DNA of 64,000 nt, taken from positions 160,001-224,000 of the forward strand of contig CAVTWJ010000009.1 in the NCBI GenBank assembly GCA_963738405.1, given 5' to 3'. Source of the DNA: a candidate division FCPU426 bacterium. Lineage in GTDB: Bacteria; Oederibacteriota; Muellerivitia; Muellerivitales; Muellerivitaceae. Of this stretch, positions 37,036-47,003 are shown in pieces. Each line of letters begins with the position of its first letter. Position 1 is the stretch's first letter. The notes beneath the pieces were generated by a model. It had not been told where the DNA came from and did no database searches. It saw nothing but the letters and a program-made list of their open reading frames with translations. Both the position numbers and the translations under genes were made by a program.

Positions 37036-39858
37036 TTAACCGGTGTTTTTAAGGCCCGCCGCGATGCCATTGATGGTCATCAGGATGGCTTCCTGGAGTT
37101 GGCTTTTAAGTTCCTCGCCGGGGTTTGACCGCAGGCGCTTGATGAGTTCCAACTGGATGAAACTCAAAGGATCAATATAGGGGTTGCGCAATTTGATGGA
37201 TTGGTAAAGCTGAGGTTCCTTCTCCAGCATCTCATTCACTTGGGCAATTTTTCGGATAGCCGAAAGGGTTTCCCGATATTCGGTCTCGATTCGGCCGAAA
37301 ATTTCCTTTCTCAGTGCCTCATCGGGGCAAAGGGCGGCATAGCGGCGGGCGATGTCCAAATCGGCTTTGGACAAAATCATTTGGGCGTTGTCCAAGAGCT
37401 GTTGAAAGAAGGGCCATTGCCCGTACATTTCTCGCAATTGGGAAAGACCGTCCGGCGAAGCTTGCAGATATTCCCTCAAGGCGGAGCCTAGACCGTACCA
37501 ACCGGGCAGGGTGGCGCGGGATTGCATCCAACTGAAGACCCAGGGAATGGCTCTTAAGTCCTCGATATGGTCGCTCACCTTTCGGCTGGCGGGGCGGCTG
37601 GCGATGCGGTGTTGGCTGATTTCAGAAATCGGGGTGGCCAGGCGGAAATATTCCACGAACCGGGGATGGCCGTAAACCAGGTCCCGATACGCCCGGTGGG
37701 AGGATTCGGAAAGTTTTTCCAAAAGCTGTTCCCAGCTTTTCTTGGGTAATACTTCCTTGGAAGGAAAGGAAGCCCGAAGGGCCGCGTTGACGATCTGCTC
37801 CAAATGATGCCGGGCCGCCACGGGCTCGCCGTAATGGTCGCTGATGACCTCCCCTTGCTCGGTAATCTTTAAGGCGCCCCGGATGGTTCGGGGAGGTTGG
37901 GCCAAGATGGCACGTCCTGCGGGGCCTCCGCCCCGGCCGATGCTTCCGCCCCGGCCGTGAAAGAGGCAGAGGAAAATAGCATGCTGGTCGGCGGTGCGGG
38001 TTAGGTCCATCTGGGCGCGGTAAAGAGCCCAGTTGGCGGCCAGGTAGCCGCTTTCCTTATTCGAATCGCTGTAGCCGAGCATGATTTCCTGGCGGTCGCA
38101 CCTTTTGGAAAGGTGGCCCCGATAAACTTCGGTCTTGAAGAGGCGGTCCATGAAGGGGCCGGAACGCCTTAAATCTTCCCGGGTTTCAAAGAGGGGCACC
38201 ACATCCAGGCGGCTGTGGGAACCGTATAAAAACAATCCCGCCTCACGGGCCAACAGAAGCACCGATAAGACGTCGCTGACATTCTTGGTCATGGAAATGA
38301 TGTAGGTTTGAAGCGCGGAGGGGTCCAAGTGTTCCTGCACCGCCGCGATCATGCGGAAGGTTTCCAAGGTTTCCCGGGTCGCAGGAGATAAGCTGAGACG
38401 TTCCGGAACCAGCGGCCGTGCACCCCGCAGTTCCTGAATCAGGAGGGATTGTTTCAGGTCTTCATTGAGGGCGGCGTAGTCGTCGGTGAGGCCGATCATC
38501 TTGAAAATTTCAGCCAAAGCGTTTAAGTGCCGGTCGCTATGCTGGCGCACGTCCATAGCGGCCATTTGAAAGCCGAAAACCTCCACCCGGCGGATCAAGT
38601 CCGCCAAAAACCCCTGGGCTAAGATTTCGCCCTTATTGCCCATCAGGCTTTCGGACATCCGTTTTAAATCCGCCAAAAGATCGACTGATTTGGGATACCA
38701 GGACCCAGGGGTGGGTTTTTCCAGACCCTTTTGCCATTGGGCCGCGAACAGGTTGTTGTAAGCCAGGGTTAGGCGCAGTTTTTCCTCGATATAGGCGCAC
38801 TTGTGGCGGTAGGGCTCGTGGGGGGAACGCCGTTTCAGGTTTTCCGCGAGGGTGGGAAACCTCCTTGCGTCTTCCTCCAGGGATTGAAAAAGGGGCTCGG
38901 AAATTCCGACCCAACGGTCGGAGGTGGAAAGGCGGGAAGAAAGCATTTCCATCGATTCCAGGGTAAATTCCAAACCCACCCCCCGCAGTAGGCAGAGGGC
39001 CTCAACCGTCACGGAGGGGGTTACAAAGGGGTTCCCGTCCCGATCGCCGCCCATCCAGGTGCCGAAGTTCAAAAAGGGTTTCAAGGGCCAGGAGCTTTTG
39101 GGATATTCCTCCTCCAGGGCCTTTTCCAGTTCCCGGTAGAGGTCGGGAATGACCCGCATGAGAGTTTCCTTATAGTAATAAAGATGACCCCGCACCTCGT
39201 CCAACACTTCCGGTTTGGTCTGGCGGATCTCATCCGTTTGCCAGAGGGAAACCAACTCTTCCTTCAAATGACGCAGACAGCCTTCCATTTCCTCCCGCAA
39301 AAGTTTCTCCTGGCTGATTCGAAATGCCAATTTGCCGATGCGGTGAAGTTTGTCCAAAATAGTGGGGCGTTTGGACTCGGTGGGGTGGGCGGTATAAACC
39401 ATGGTGACGCGGGCCTGGTCCAAAAGGGCTTGGAGCTTCTTGGCCGGAACCCCCTGCTCCCGCAGAAGCCTCACCGCCGCAGGAAGAGTGCCTTCCCTTT
39501 TATCCTGGGGAGTGAGCAGGGATTCTTCCCTGATTTGAAAAAGAAGCTCCAGTTTTTCCGCCAGGTTGATGAGGCCGAAATAATGGGTAAAGGCCTTGGT
39601 CAAGAGGTTGAGTTGTTCCAGGGATAGCCCGGCGATGATGGAAGCCACTTCCTCGGCGGTGCCCTCGTCGCTGGTGAGGCGCAGCTGCTTGCAGAGGGAA
39701 CGGACCTTTTCAACCAGGCTCAAGGCCTGGGGACCATCCTGATCGGAAATGATCTGGCCGAGGTTTCGAGCCAAAAAGCGAACCATATGCGACAGGGTAT
39801 AGTCCCCCTGTTGGGGGGCGCCGTCGGGTTGGGGATCGGTTGGATCTTCCTGAAACAT
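37036..39858 (-). CDS. ppc: Phosphoenolpyruvate carboxylase
   Basis: TAHPTE, WMGGDRDGNP, MLGYSDSNK, FHGRGGSIGRGG, LRAIPW, C-terminal KNTG. Confidence 0.97.
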   Translation of the reverse strand: MFQEDPTDPQPDGAPQQGDYTLSHMVRFLARNLGQIISDQDGPQALSLVEKVRSLCKQLRLTSDEGTAEEVASIIAGLSLEQLNLLTKAFTHYFGLINLAEKLELLFQIREESLLTPQDKREGTLPAAVRLLREQGVPAKKLQALLDQARVTMVYTAHPTESKRPTILDKLHRIGKLAFRISQEKLLREEMEGCLRHLKEELVSLWQTDEIRQTKPEVLDEVRGHLYYYKETLMRVIPDLYRELEKALEEEYPKSSWPLKPFLNFGTWMGGDRDGNPFVTPSVTVEALCLLRGVGLEFTLESMEMLSSRLSTSDRWVGISEPLFQSLEEDARRFPTLAENLKRRSPHEPYRHKCAYIEEKLRLTLAYNNLFAAQWQKGLEKPTPGSWYPKSVDLLADLKRMSESLMGNKGEILAQGFLADLIRRVEVFGFQMAAMDVRQHSDRHLNALAEIFKMIGLTDDYAALNEDLKQSLLIQELRGARPLVPERLSLSPATRETLETFRMIAAVQEHLDPSALQTYIISMTKNVSDVLSVLLLAREAGLFLYGSHSRLDVVPLFETREDLRRSGPFMDRLFKTEVYRGHLSKRCDRQEIMLGYSDSNKESGYLAANWALYRAQMDLTRTADQHAIFLCLFHGRGGSIGRGGGPAGRAILAQPPRTIRGALKITEQGEVISDHYGEPVAARHHLEQIVNAALRASFPSKEVLPKKSWEQLLEKLSESSHRAYRDLVYGHPRFVEYFRLATPISEISQHRIASRPASRKVSDHIEDLRAIPWVFSWMQSRATLPGWYGLGSALREYLQASPDGLSQLREMYGQWPFFQQLLDNAQMILSKADLDIARRYAALCPDEALRKEIFGRIETEYRETLSAIRKIAQVNEMLEKEPQLYQSIKLRNPYIDPLSFIQLELIKRLRSNPGEELKSQLQEAILMTINGIAAGLKNTG

Positions 39859-39968
39859 CTAGTTCACCCTTATTGAAAATGGATGGCAGATTAACGTAGA
39901 AGGGCGCCTAAGATAAAGGGCGGGAAGGCTCTTTTTTTATGGAGAAGGGTGGGAGAAAAACTTGAAGG

Positions 39969-40454
39969 CTAATCCAGTTTCTCTTTCAAAATTTTATCAG
40001 CCTGATCCTTACGGAACTGGCGGAGTTTTTCCCTCAAGTCGGGACGCTTATTCGCCAGGATGGCAATGGATAAAAGAGCTGCGTTGACGGCCCCGGCCTT
40101 GCCCACGGCGAGGGTGCCCACGGGGATTCCGCCCGGCATTTGGGCGGTTGAAAGAAGGGAATCGAGCCCTAAGAGCTTGCTTTCCATGGGCACTCCCAGA
40201 ACAGGCAAAAGAGTATGGGCGGCGCAGACACCCGCCAGGTGGGCGGCACCCCCGGCGGCGGCAATGACCACCTCCACGCCCCGGCTTTCAGCGCCGGTCA
40301 CGTATTCGGCGGTTTCCTTGGGGGTGCGGTGGGCCGAGAGAACCCGGCATTCATGAATGATGCCGAATTGCTTGAGGGTATCGGAGGCGTTTTTCATGAC
40401 TTCCCAATCGGATTTGCTTCCCATCAGGATATTCACCAGCGAGGTTTCGGCCAT
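39969..40454 (-). CDS. purE: N5-carboxyaminoimidazole ribonucleotide mutase
   Basis: MGSKSD, SAHRTP, AGGAAHL, QMPGGIPV; start at MAETS. Confidence 0.95.
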   Translation of the reverse strand: MAETSLVNILMGSKSDWEVMKNASDTLKQFGIIHECRVLSAHRTPKETAEYVTGAESRGVEVVIAAAGGAAHLAGVCAAHTLLPVLGVPMESKLLGLDSLLSTAQMPGGIPVGTLAVGKAGAVNAALLSIAILANKRPDLREKLRQFRKDQADKILKEKLD

Positions 40455-40590
40455 GGTCGGTCCTTTGGTGCGGAGATTGCCTTGAGTTTCGCTTTTGGGG
40501 CGCCGAAGGTCAAGATGGATGAAAGACGGGGGGCTTTCGGAGGTCCTTTTTCTATCGGACCCTCCCCCCAATCCTGTAAAATAGGCGCCC

Positions 40591-41283
40591 ATGTGGAATG
40601 AAACTTTCAAACTTATTTACCTCGCCATCACCCAGGGCCTGATCTTCGGTTTTGGCAGCGCGGTCTTGATCGGCCCTGTGAATTTTCTCGCCATCCGCCG
40701 CGGCATTATCGGCGGGTTTCAACAAACCTTCATGGTCGGGGCCGGCGCCGCCTTGGTGGACGCCAGCTTCGCCTACATTGTTTTCGTTGGAATTTCCAAG
40801 GATGGGATCGTCGGCATCGGAAAGATCATCATCTGGGGCATCTCGGCACTCTTTTTGATGTTTCTGGCCTATTCTGTTCTGACCGAGATAAGGGAAAACC
40901 CCGAGGCCATGGAAAACATCACAGTCCGCAAGCAGGTTCAGTGGATGGATAATTCCTTTGTCATGGGCCTATTGCTGGTGGCCACCAACCCCTTCGCCTT
41001 GATCTGGTGGGTGGGCTGGGTCAGCACCCTGCAGTTAACTGGCAACATTCCACTGACGGGCGGGGCGGCGACTAGCTTTTTCTCGGCGGTGTTGGTGAGT
41101 GAATTGATTTGGTATTCCTGCCTTGGCTTAGGAGTGCATTACACCCGCAACCTTTTCAACCGCAAGGCCTTGACGGTCATTTCATGGATTTGCGGGCTGG
41201 GGATGCTGGTCTATTTCCTTCTTTATGTCACCAAGGTGGTGGTGAACCTAATCCAGCACGGGGGCGCGGCGGTTGCCCCCTAA
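40591..41283 (+). CDS. LysE family transporter
   Basis: IGPVN..AIRRG, GA..D, G......NP..W pattern. Confidence 0.82.
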   Translation: MWNETFKLIYLAITQGLIFGFGSAVLIGPVNFLAIRRGIIGGFQQTFMVGAGAALVDASFAYIVFVGISKDGIVGIGKIIIWGISALFLMFLAYSVLTEIRENPEAMENITVRKQVQWMDNSFVMGLLLVATNPFALIWWVGWVSTLQLTGNIPLTGGAATSFFSAVLVSELIWYSCLGLGVHYTRNLFNRKALTVISWICGLGMLVYFLLYVTKVVVNLIQHGGAAVAP

Positions 41284-41327
41284 GTTCCATCCTTGCGATT
41301 GTTTTATTGTTAGGGGGCCGAACGGCC

Positions 41328-41516
41328 CTAGTCCTGTTCCCGCCCTGCTTCCCATTCCTCTATCTCACCGTGGCGTACCTTTGCCCTTAAGGCAATAGGC
41401 CGACAGCAGTTTTCACAGTCCGAAGTCCATTCCTGGAGTCCGCTGACCGGGTCCACCGGGGAAAAATTGGTATATCCGCAGTAGGGGCATTCAAACTCGA
41501 GTTGGAGGGGGTTCAT
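41328..41516 (-). CDS. CPXCG-motif cysteine-rich small protein
   Basis: CPYCG...DCENCCRPI. Confidence 0.85.
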   Translation of the reverse strand: MNPLQLEFECPYCGYTNFSPVDPVSGLQEWTSDCENCCRPIALRAKVRHGEIEEWEAGREQD

Positions 41517-41538
41517 CGGGGGGCGGGAAGCGCCGGAA

Positions 41539-42213
41539 TCAATTCATCAAGAAGTTGTTGTCGCCGGGGGCCACCCGGGGATCGCCGTCGAAGAACTTGT
41601 TGAAATTCGTCCAGTCGATATCCTCAACGGGTTCGGGGTCCTTTTCAGCCATGACTCCGTTTTTCCAGCGGCGCTGGGAATGCTGAATGGTCATTTTTTC
41701 CTCATGGTCCTTGTCGATGACCCGCAGGTCTCCCAAAAAATACTGGACGGTCAGGAGGGTCTGGTCCGGGTCATAGGCCACCCGGGCGCGGGTATCATTG
41801 ATGGATGTTACCACGGCTCCGGTATTGATCTCGAAAAAGCTTTGGCGGGAATCGTACCCGTTGGTTTTGAGAAACAGGACGCCCTTTTGGAGCACCAGGC
41901 GGATCTGGCGGTCCGGCCCCTCGAGGAAAAATTCATCCACATTAACGATCGTTTGGCCGTAAAGGCCGTCCAGGCCGATGCGCGCTCCGTTATGGGTTTT
42001 GAGGATGACCCAGCTTTGATCGTAACAGGTTACCGTATCCCCCTTTTCAACGGTGCTTCCGGTCATGAGGGCGGTGGGAGCCGAAGCGTTTGCGTGCTGA
42101 ACCATGATCGTTCCCTGCAAATCGACCACTTCCAACTCGTTGAAGGCCTTGGCCCAGAGAAGGGAGGGAAGGGATAGGACAATCATCCAGCCTAAAAGCG
42201 TTTGAAGGCGCAT
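41539..42213 (-). CDS. Exported FecR-domain-like protein
   Basis: Signal peptide; G.V......L..G..V..GD.V, L.L..G, F.I.T pattern. Confidence 0.65.
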   Translation of the reverse strand: MRLQTLLGWMIVLSLPSLLWAKAFNELEVVDLQGTIMVQHANASAPTALMTGSTVEKGDTVTCYDQSWVILKTHNGARIGLDGLYGQTIVNVDEFFLEGPDRQIRLVLQKGVLFLKTNGYDSRQSFFEINTGAVVTSINDTRARVAYDPDQTLLTVQYFLGDLRVIDKDHEEKMTIQHSQRRWKNGVMAEKDPEPVEDIDWTNFNKFFDGDPRVAPGDNNFLMN

Positions 42214-42370
42214 GCTCACACCTCGAAAAGGGTGAAAAACCAAGCAATCGCCCCCATCCTAACGGTTTTCACCCGGTTGGGCAATGCGCAAGCCTTATTG
42301 GCGGCCTCATTACTGGTGCTTCGGTGCTCTGGAACGAATTAGACTATCAGTCGTTCATTCTGGAGGGCGA

Positions 42371-43225
42371 GTGGAAAACCAAAAAACTGTTTTAATCACG
42401 GGCTGTTCTTCCGGCATTGGCTTGGAGACAGCTGTCCTCCTCGCCCAACAGGGCTGGAGGGTTTTCGCCACTCTTCGGGACAATAAAAAATCCGGCCCTT
42501 TAAAAGAAAAAGCCAAGGGACTTTCCGTCGAAATCTTGCCGATGGATGTGGATGATCCCCTTTCCGTGCGCAAGGGTGTTGCGGCTGTCTTTAAAAAGAC
42601 CGGTTCCCTGGACGCGCTGGTGAATAACGCGGGGTGGGGGGCCTTTGGGGCCCTGGAGGATTTTTCGGACGATGAAATTTTGGCCCAATACGAAACGAAT
42701 TTTTTTGGACTCTTTAGGGTTATTCGAGAAGTTCTTCCTTCCATGAGGGCGCAGGGCCGGGGAAGAATTCTCAACGTGAGTTCGGTGGCGGGCAAGATGA
42801 CCTTCGCGGGGATTGGTCTTTATTGCTCCTCCAAACACGCGGTGGAAGCCCTCACGGAAAGTTTGAGGCTTGAGTTGAGGCCCTTTGGAATCCAGGTGGG
42901 GATGGTGGAACCGGGGCAGTTTCATACCCGCTTCAAGGATAACCGCCTGAAAAACAAGATGTTCCTCGCCGGGAAGTCACCCTATCAAGGGGTGCTGGAA
43001 AAAATCCTCCAATATGGAAACAGCCAATCGGCCCAGGCCCCTGGGCCGCAAATCGCGGCGAGGACGATCCTAAAGGCCCTTGAGGACGAAAAGATGGCCT
43101 TGCGCTACCCGGTCGGAAATGACGCCCGATGGTTTCCCTTCGCACAAAGGTTTTTACCCGACTCCCTCTATGATCAGATCATGGTCCGCACCCTTACCCG
43201 GTTTCAGGGGGTGAAAAGTGAGTGA
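42371..43225 (+). CDS. SDR family oxidoreductase
   Basis: TGCSSGIG, NNAG, YCSSK; GGAGG RBS before GTG 42371. Confidence 0.92.
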   Translation: MENQKTVLITGCSSGIGLETAVLLAQQGWRVFATLRDNKKSGPLKEKAKGLSVEILPMDVDDPLSVRKGVAAVFKKTGSLDALVNNAGWGAFGALEDFSDDEILAQYETNFFGLFRVIREVLPSMRAQGRGRILNVSSVAGKMTFAGIGLYCSSKHAVEALTESLRLELRPFGIQVGMVEPGQFHTRFKDNRLKNKMFLAGKSPYQGVLEKILQYGNSQSAQAPGPQIAARTILKALEDEKMALRYPVGNDARWFPFAQRFLPDSLYDQIMVRTLTRFQGVKSE

Positions 43226-44072
43226 AAAGCCAGTCGCCCTCGTCACCGGCGCCAATTCGGGGATAGGGTTGGCCGTCACCCAGGCTCTGGCCTACAAAGG
43301 ATGGAAGGTTTACGGCACCTTTCGAACCCCTAAACGTGCCGGACCCCTCATGGACCTCGCAAAGACCCTCCCAGTGGTACCTATTGCCATGGATGTGGAT
43401 AAAACCTCCTCAGTTAGGAAAGCCGTCGGCCTCTTGGCCAAAAGGGAAAAGGGACAGGTGGATTTTTTATTGAACAACGCCGGATTTGTCATGGCAGGTT
43501 TCTGGGAAGATTTGTCCGATAAGGACCTGAAGGCGCAGTTTGAGACAAATGTCTTCGGGCTTTTGCGTGTGACAAGGGAAGTTTTGCCCCTGATGCGACG
43601 CAGGAGATGCGGGAAGATCATCAATGTCGGAAGCGTGGGAGGGCTGGTGGCCCTTCCCGTGTTGGGGCCCTATTCAGCGACCAAGTTCGCGGTAAGGTCC
43701 CTCACTGACGCTTTGCGAATGGAAGCGGGTCTGTTCGGGGTGGAGGTTTCGGAATTGGTTCCCAGCGAGATTAAGACGGCGGTGGCGGAAAATGCCCGCC
43801 GGGCCGAAAGGGCTCTGTCGAAAGATTCGGCCTATAGCGTCTTCACCCGGGATTTCGAAAAGTTCAGCCAAGAAAGATTCAAACATGCCGACCCGGTGGA
43901 AAAACTGGTGAAGGTGGTTTTAAAAGCCTTGTCGGACAAGCCCATGAAACGGCGTTATCTGGTGAAGGGGGAAGACCATGCCTTGTATTTCATCAAAAGG
44001 TTTCTTCCTGATTTTCTTTTGGAAAAGGCATTAGCCTCCCAATTTTCATGGTGCAAGGAACCACCCCACTGA
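43218..44072 (+). CDS. SDR family oxidoreductase (tandem paralog)
   Basis: TGANSGIG, NNAG, YSATK. Confidence 0.92.
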   Translation: MSEKPVALVTGANSGIGLAVTQALAYKGWKVYGTFRTPKRAGPLMDLAKTLPVVPIAMDVDKTSSVRKAVGLLAKREKGQVDFLLNNAGFVMAGFWEDLSDKDLKAQFETNVFGLLRVTREVLPLMRRRRCGKIINVGSVGGLVALPVLGPYSATKFAVRSLTDALRMEAGLFGVEVSELVPSEIKTAVAENARRAERALSKDSAYSVFTRDFEKFSQERFKHADPVEKLVKVVLKALSDKPMKRRYLVKGEDHALYFIKRFLPDFLLEKALASQFSWCKEPPH

Positions 44073-44224
44073 AAGCCTTATCGTGAATTTTTTAGGGTTA
44101 ACCATTTTCCTCTCGCCCCTCGAAATTGGAAGCTGAAGTGGGGTATGGTTCCATATAATCGATCTCCATGAACCGGAAAAGATGAACCCCTTCCGGGAAA
44201 ATCAAAGTTGATGAAAAGGTATTT

Positions 44225-45385
44225 GTGCCTACGCTTTCCTCGGTTAAAAACAGGGCCTATTCTCTCCAGGTTACCCTCTTTTTCTTTCTTTCTCTTTTAA
44301 TGTGGTCGGCTGTTTCGGGCGAAATGGTTTGGCTTTATACCCACAACCTGACCCTCAGCCTCGAGGTGTTCGGGGTGGCGGCTTTGGTGCTGGCCACTTG
44401 GTGGTTTCTTTTTCAATGGCAGTCCAAGGTGACCTGGTATTGCCGGTTGCAGTGGATTTTGTTCAAGTCTGGCGCCCTTCCCGAGAGCTGGCGTTTTGGG
44501 GAGGAGGCTTCCCCCTTCAATGTGGATCAAAAGATGGAAGAGGTGGTGAACGAGGCGGCGGCAATCGTGCAGGAAAACCTCAGAAGCCTGGCTTCCAACC
44601 GCCAAACCCTGGACCGTTACCTGGGAAGCCAGGGTTCCAAACATGTGCTCCAATCGGCGGGCAGTGGCGGCAGCACTTTAGGGGGACAGCTTCAACTTTC
44701 TTTCATTCTTTTTTCCGACATCCGCGGGTTCACCCAGATGACCGAGCAGTTAACCAGCAAGGAAACCCTCCGGGTGTTGAACCAAATTTTCACCGGCATC
44801 CAGGCCTCCATTGAAAAATACGGGGGGGAAATCAACAAATTCATAGGGGATGCGGCGTTGATTTACTTCAAACGCACAGCCGAGAATGAGAAGGAGGAGG
44901 CTGAACGGGTGGTCCGCGCGGCTTTTGAAATGCAGAAAAATTTCCTGACCGTGGCCCGAACCAACGCGGACCTTAAAAACCGGAACGTCAAGATCGGCAT
45001 GGGCATCGGTATCGTGGCCGGGCATTGCATCATGGGCAACTTAGGTTCCCGCAACCGGATGGAATTCACGCTGATTGGAAACTCCGTAAACCTGTCTTCC
45101 CGCCTCTGCTCCATCTGCCCTCAGGACGAGATATTGGTGAATGAGGAGTTGGCCCTATTGGTCAGCGATAAATTTCATATCGAGTCCCGCCTGCCCGTCC
45201 AGCTCAAAGGCATACGGGATAAGGTCACGCCCTACTGTGTCCTGGGGGACCTGGAAAATAGAGGGTTTGTGCGCAGAACAACCGATCCGGAAGAATCTTC
45301 TCTCCAATCATCGTCCCCGCCCCAGGCCAAAGCGGATTCCCTCGCTTCAAGATTTTTAGACAGTCTGGGCACTGAAAAGGAATAA
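44225..45385 (+). CDS. Membrane-anchored class III adenylate/guanylate cyclase
   Basis: Two N-terminal TMs; FSDIRGFT, KFIGDA, FTLIGNSVNLSSRL. Confidence 0.9.
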   Translation: MPTLSSVKNRAYSLQVTLFFFLSLLMWSAVSGEMVWLYTHNLTLSLEVFGVAALVLATWWFLFQWQSKVTWYCRLQWILFKSGALPESWRFGEEASPFNVDQKMEEVVNEAAAIVQENLRSLASNRQTLDRYLGSQGSKHVLQSAGSGGSTLGGQLQLSFILFSDIRGFTQMTEQLTSKETLRVLNQIFTGIQASIEKYGGEINKFIGDAALIYFKRTAENEKEEAERVVRAAFEMQKNFLTVARTNADLKNRNVKIGMGIGIVAGHCIMGNLGSRNRMEFTLIGNSVNLSSRLCSICPQDEILVNEELALLVSDKFHIESRLPVQLKGIRDKVTPYCVLGDLENRGFVRRTTDPEESSLQSSSPPQAKADSLASRFLDSLGTEKE

Positions 45386-45394
45386 GTAAGAATC

Positions 45395-46969
45395 CTATTG
45401 GCAGACAAAGAGGCTGGCGGTTAAGGGGGGCAGGGAATAATCAAACTTGTTTTGGCTCAAGGTTCCAGAGCCCACGAGTTTAACTTCCGCCGATTGGGAA
45501 TCGAAGCCGTACCTCTGCCAGCTTTGATAGATGGTCTTGCCCTGGATCTCGAATTTTCCAGAAACGCTGTCCTTTTGGTTTTTGTTCAAGACCACCACCC
45601 ATAGGGTGCCGGCGCGTTTGGAGTCGGCGGCGGCGTAAATGGAGGTTTGCGAGATGTCGTCGCTGCCGGATGAAATTTCAGTGTCGCCGAAAGCCGAGCC
45701 CTTGCCGTCATAGTCGTGGTAAAGATGAAAGGCCGCCAGATTGTAGGGTTTTAACTTTCCCCAATAGGCCGCGAGAGTCACGCCGTATTTCCCAAAAATG
45801 CCCAAAACATCCGCCTGGGCGATCCCTCCTGAGACATGGTCCCCAGCGCCGTAATCGTACTCGCTGAATCCCAGGCCCGTGCCTGGGTAATCCTGCTCGA
45901 TTTTCCCCTTCAGCCAGGGGATGAGCTGGATGGCTTGGCCTTGGGTGGAGGAAGCGGTGATCCAGCTTTTTTCAACATAGCCCGGGTCCCAGAGGCTCCG
46001 GGGCGCCTGAAGCCGGGCTTCCACCGAATCGGGGGAAACGTCGCCCTCGGTGATGCGCTTGCCCCCGCCCTGGGCCTCGGGATACCAGTGCAGGTCCAGG
46101 ATGTTCAAGAGGCGCCTGCCGTCGTGGCCCTCCAGGGCCTTCATCTGCTTGAGATAAAAGTCGAGGAAGGTTTCCTCAGTCTTGTTGATCTCCGCGCTGT
46201 CGGGGGAATTTTGCAGGGTCAAGAATTCCTGCCAGCCGTAGGAAACGGGCCCCAGAATTTGAGCTGTGGGATCTACCTTGGTTACCGCAAAGGCCAGCCT
46301 TTCGGTCCGGTTGGCCATTTCCCAATAGGTTGTTGGCTTGGGATGAATGCGGGGATGGGTCTCATTCCAAATGCCCGGTTCGTTGTCCAAGTCGTAAAAC
46401 TTGACGCCCCCTTCGGCGGCGGTCTTGTAATTTGAAATCAGGAAATTTACGAACTCGTCGTCGTAAACATATTTGTCTTTTGGATTGGGGGTAAGAGTGA
46501 ATTTTCCTTTTTTGTGGAAGACCACTTCCTTCCAGCGTTTGGAGGGGGCCTTCTCGTTTTCTCCCACCTCGCCGTCCTTGTCGGCCGCCACAAAACCCGC
46601 CATGGGAAGGGTGATGAGGCTTTCCATCCCGGCTTTTTGATTTTCTTCCACAAAATGTTTCACCAGGGCGCCCGGCTGGTCGCAGTCCGTGTAATGGGCC
46701 TGGTCGCAGAGCCAGTTGTCGCTGGTGTGTTTCCAGTCTTTCCCAGCGTTGGAGGCGTTATTGACCCAGTTGTAGCCAGTCAGGCGGTTGCCCCCGAGGC
46801 GCCTTAAGGTTGCGCCCGAACCCGTTGGGTCCTCATCGTTGATACCGTAGATGTAGGAGCTGATAGTTCCGACGACCGTGTCAGGCAAAATTAAAAAATG
46901 GACGTCGGCGGCGCGGAGGGGAAAAGCCAGAAATATCAGTATTAGAGTTTGGATCGCGCGCCAGGTCAT
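45395..46969 (-). CDS. Secreted glycoside hydrolase family 44 (endoglucanase/xyloglucanase)
   Basis: RLGGNRLTGYNW.NNASNAG.DW, LDNEP, DLHWYP, RSLWD, SEY. Confidence 0.9.
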   Translation of the reverse strand: MTWRAIQTLILIFLAFPLRAADVHFLILPDTVVGTISSYIYGINDEDPTGSGATLRRLGGNRLTGYNWVNNASNAGKDWKHTSDNWLCDQAHYTDCDQPGALVKHFVEENQKAGMESLITLPMAGFVAADKDGEVGENEKAPSKRWKEVVFHKKGKFTLTPNPKDKYVYDDEFVNFLISNYKTAAEGGVKFYDLDNEPGIWNETHPRIHPKPTTYWEMANRTERLAFAVTKVDPTAQILGPVSYGWQEFLTLQNSPDSAEINKTEETFLDFYLKQMKALEGHDGRRLLNILDLHWYPEAQGGGKRITEGDVSPDSVEARLQAPRSLWDPGYVEKSWITASSTQGQAIQLIPWLKGKIEQDYPGTGLGFSEYDYGAGDHVSGGIAQADVLGIFGKYGVTLAAYWGKLKPYNLAAFHLYHDYDGKGSAFGDTEISSGSDDISQTSIYAAADSKRAGTLWVVVLNKNQKDSVSGKFEIQGKTIYQSWQRYGFDSQSAEVKLVGSGTLSQNKFDYSLPPLTASLFVCQ

Positions 46970-47003
46970 GGAAGTTCCTTCGTAAAGGGATGTGAAAGGT
47001 CTG

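Noticed and set aside
9376..39858. Carbonic anhydrase plus PEP carboxylase as a carbon-fixation module
   Set aside because: The genes are 27 kb apart, the CA appears exported, and both are common genes.
40539..40565. Hairpin upstream of purE as a purine or ZTP riboswitch
   Set aside because: Only one bulged stem and no recognisable aptamer consensus.
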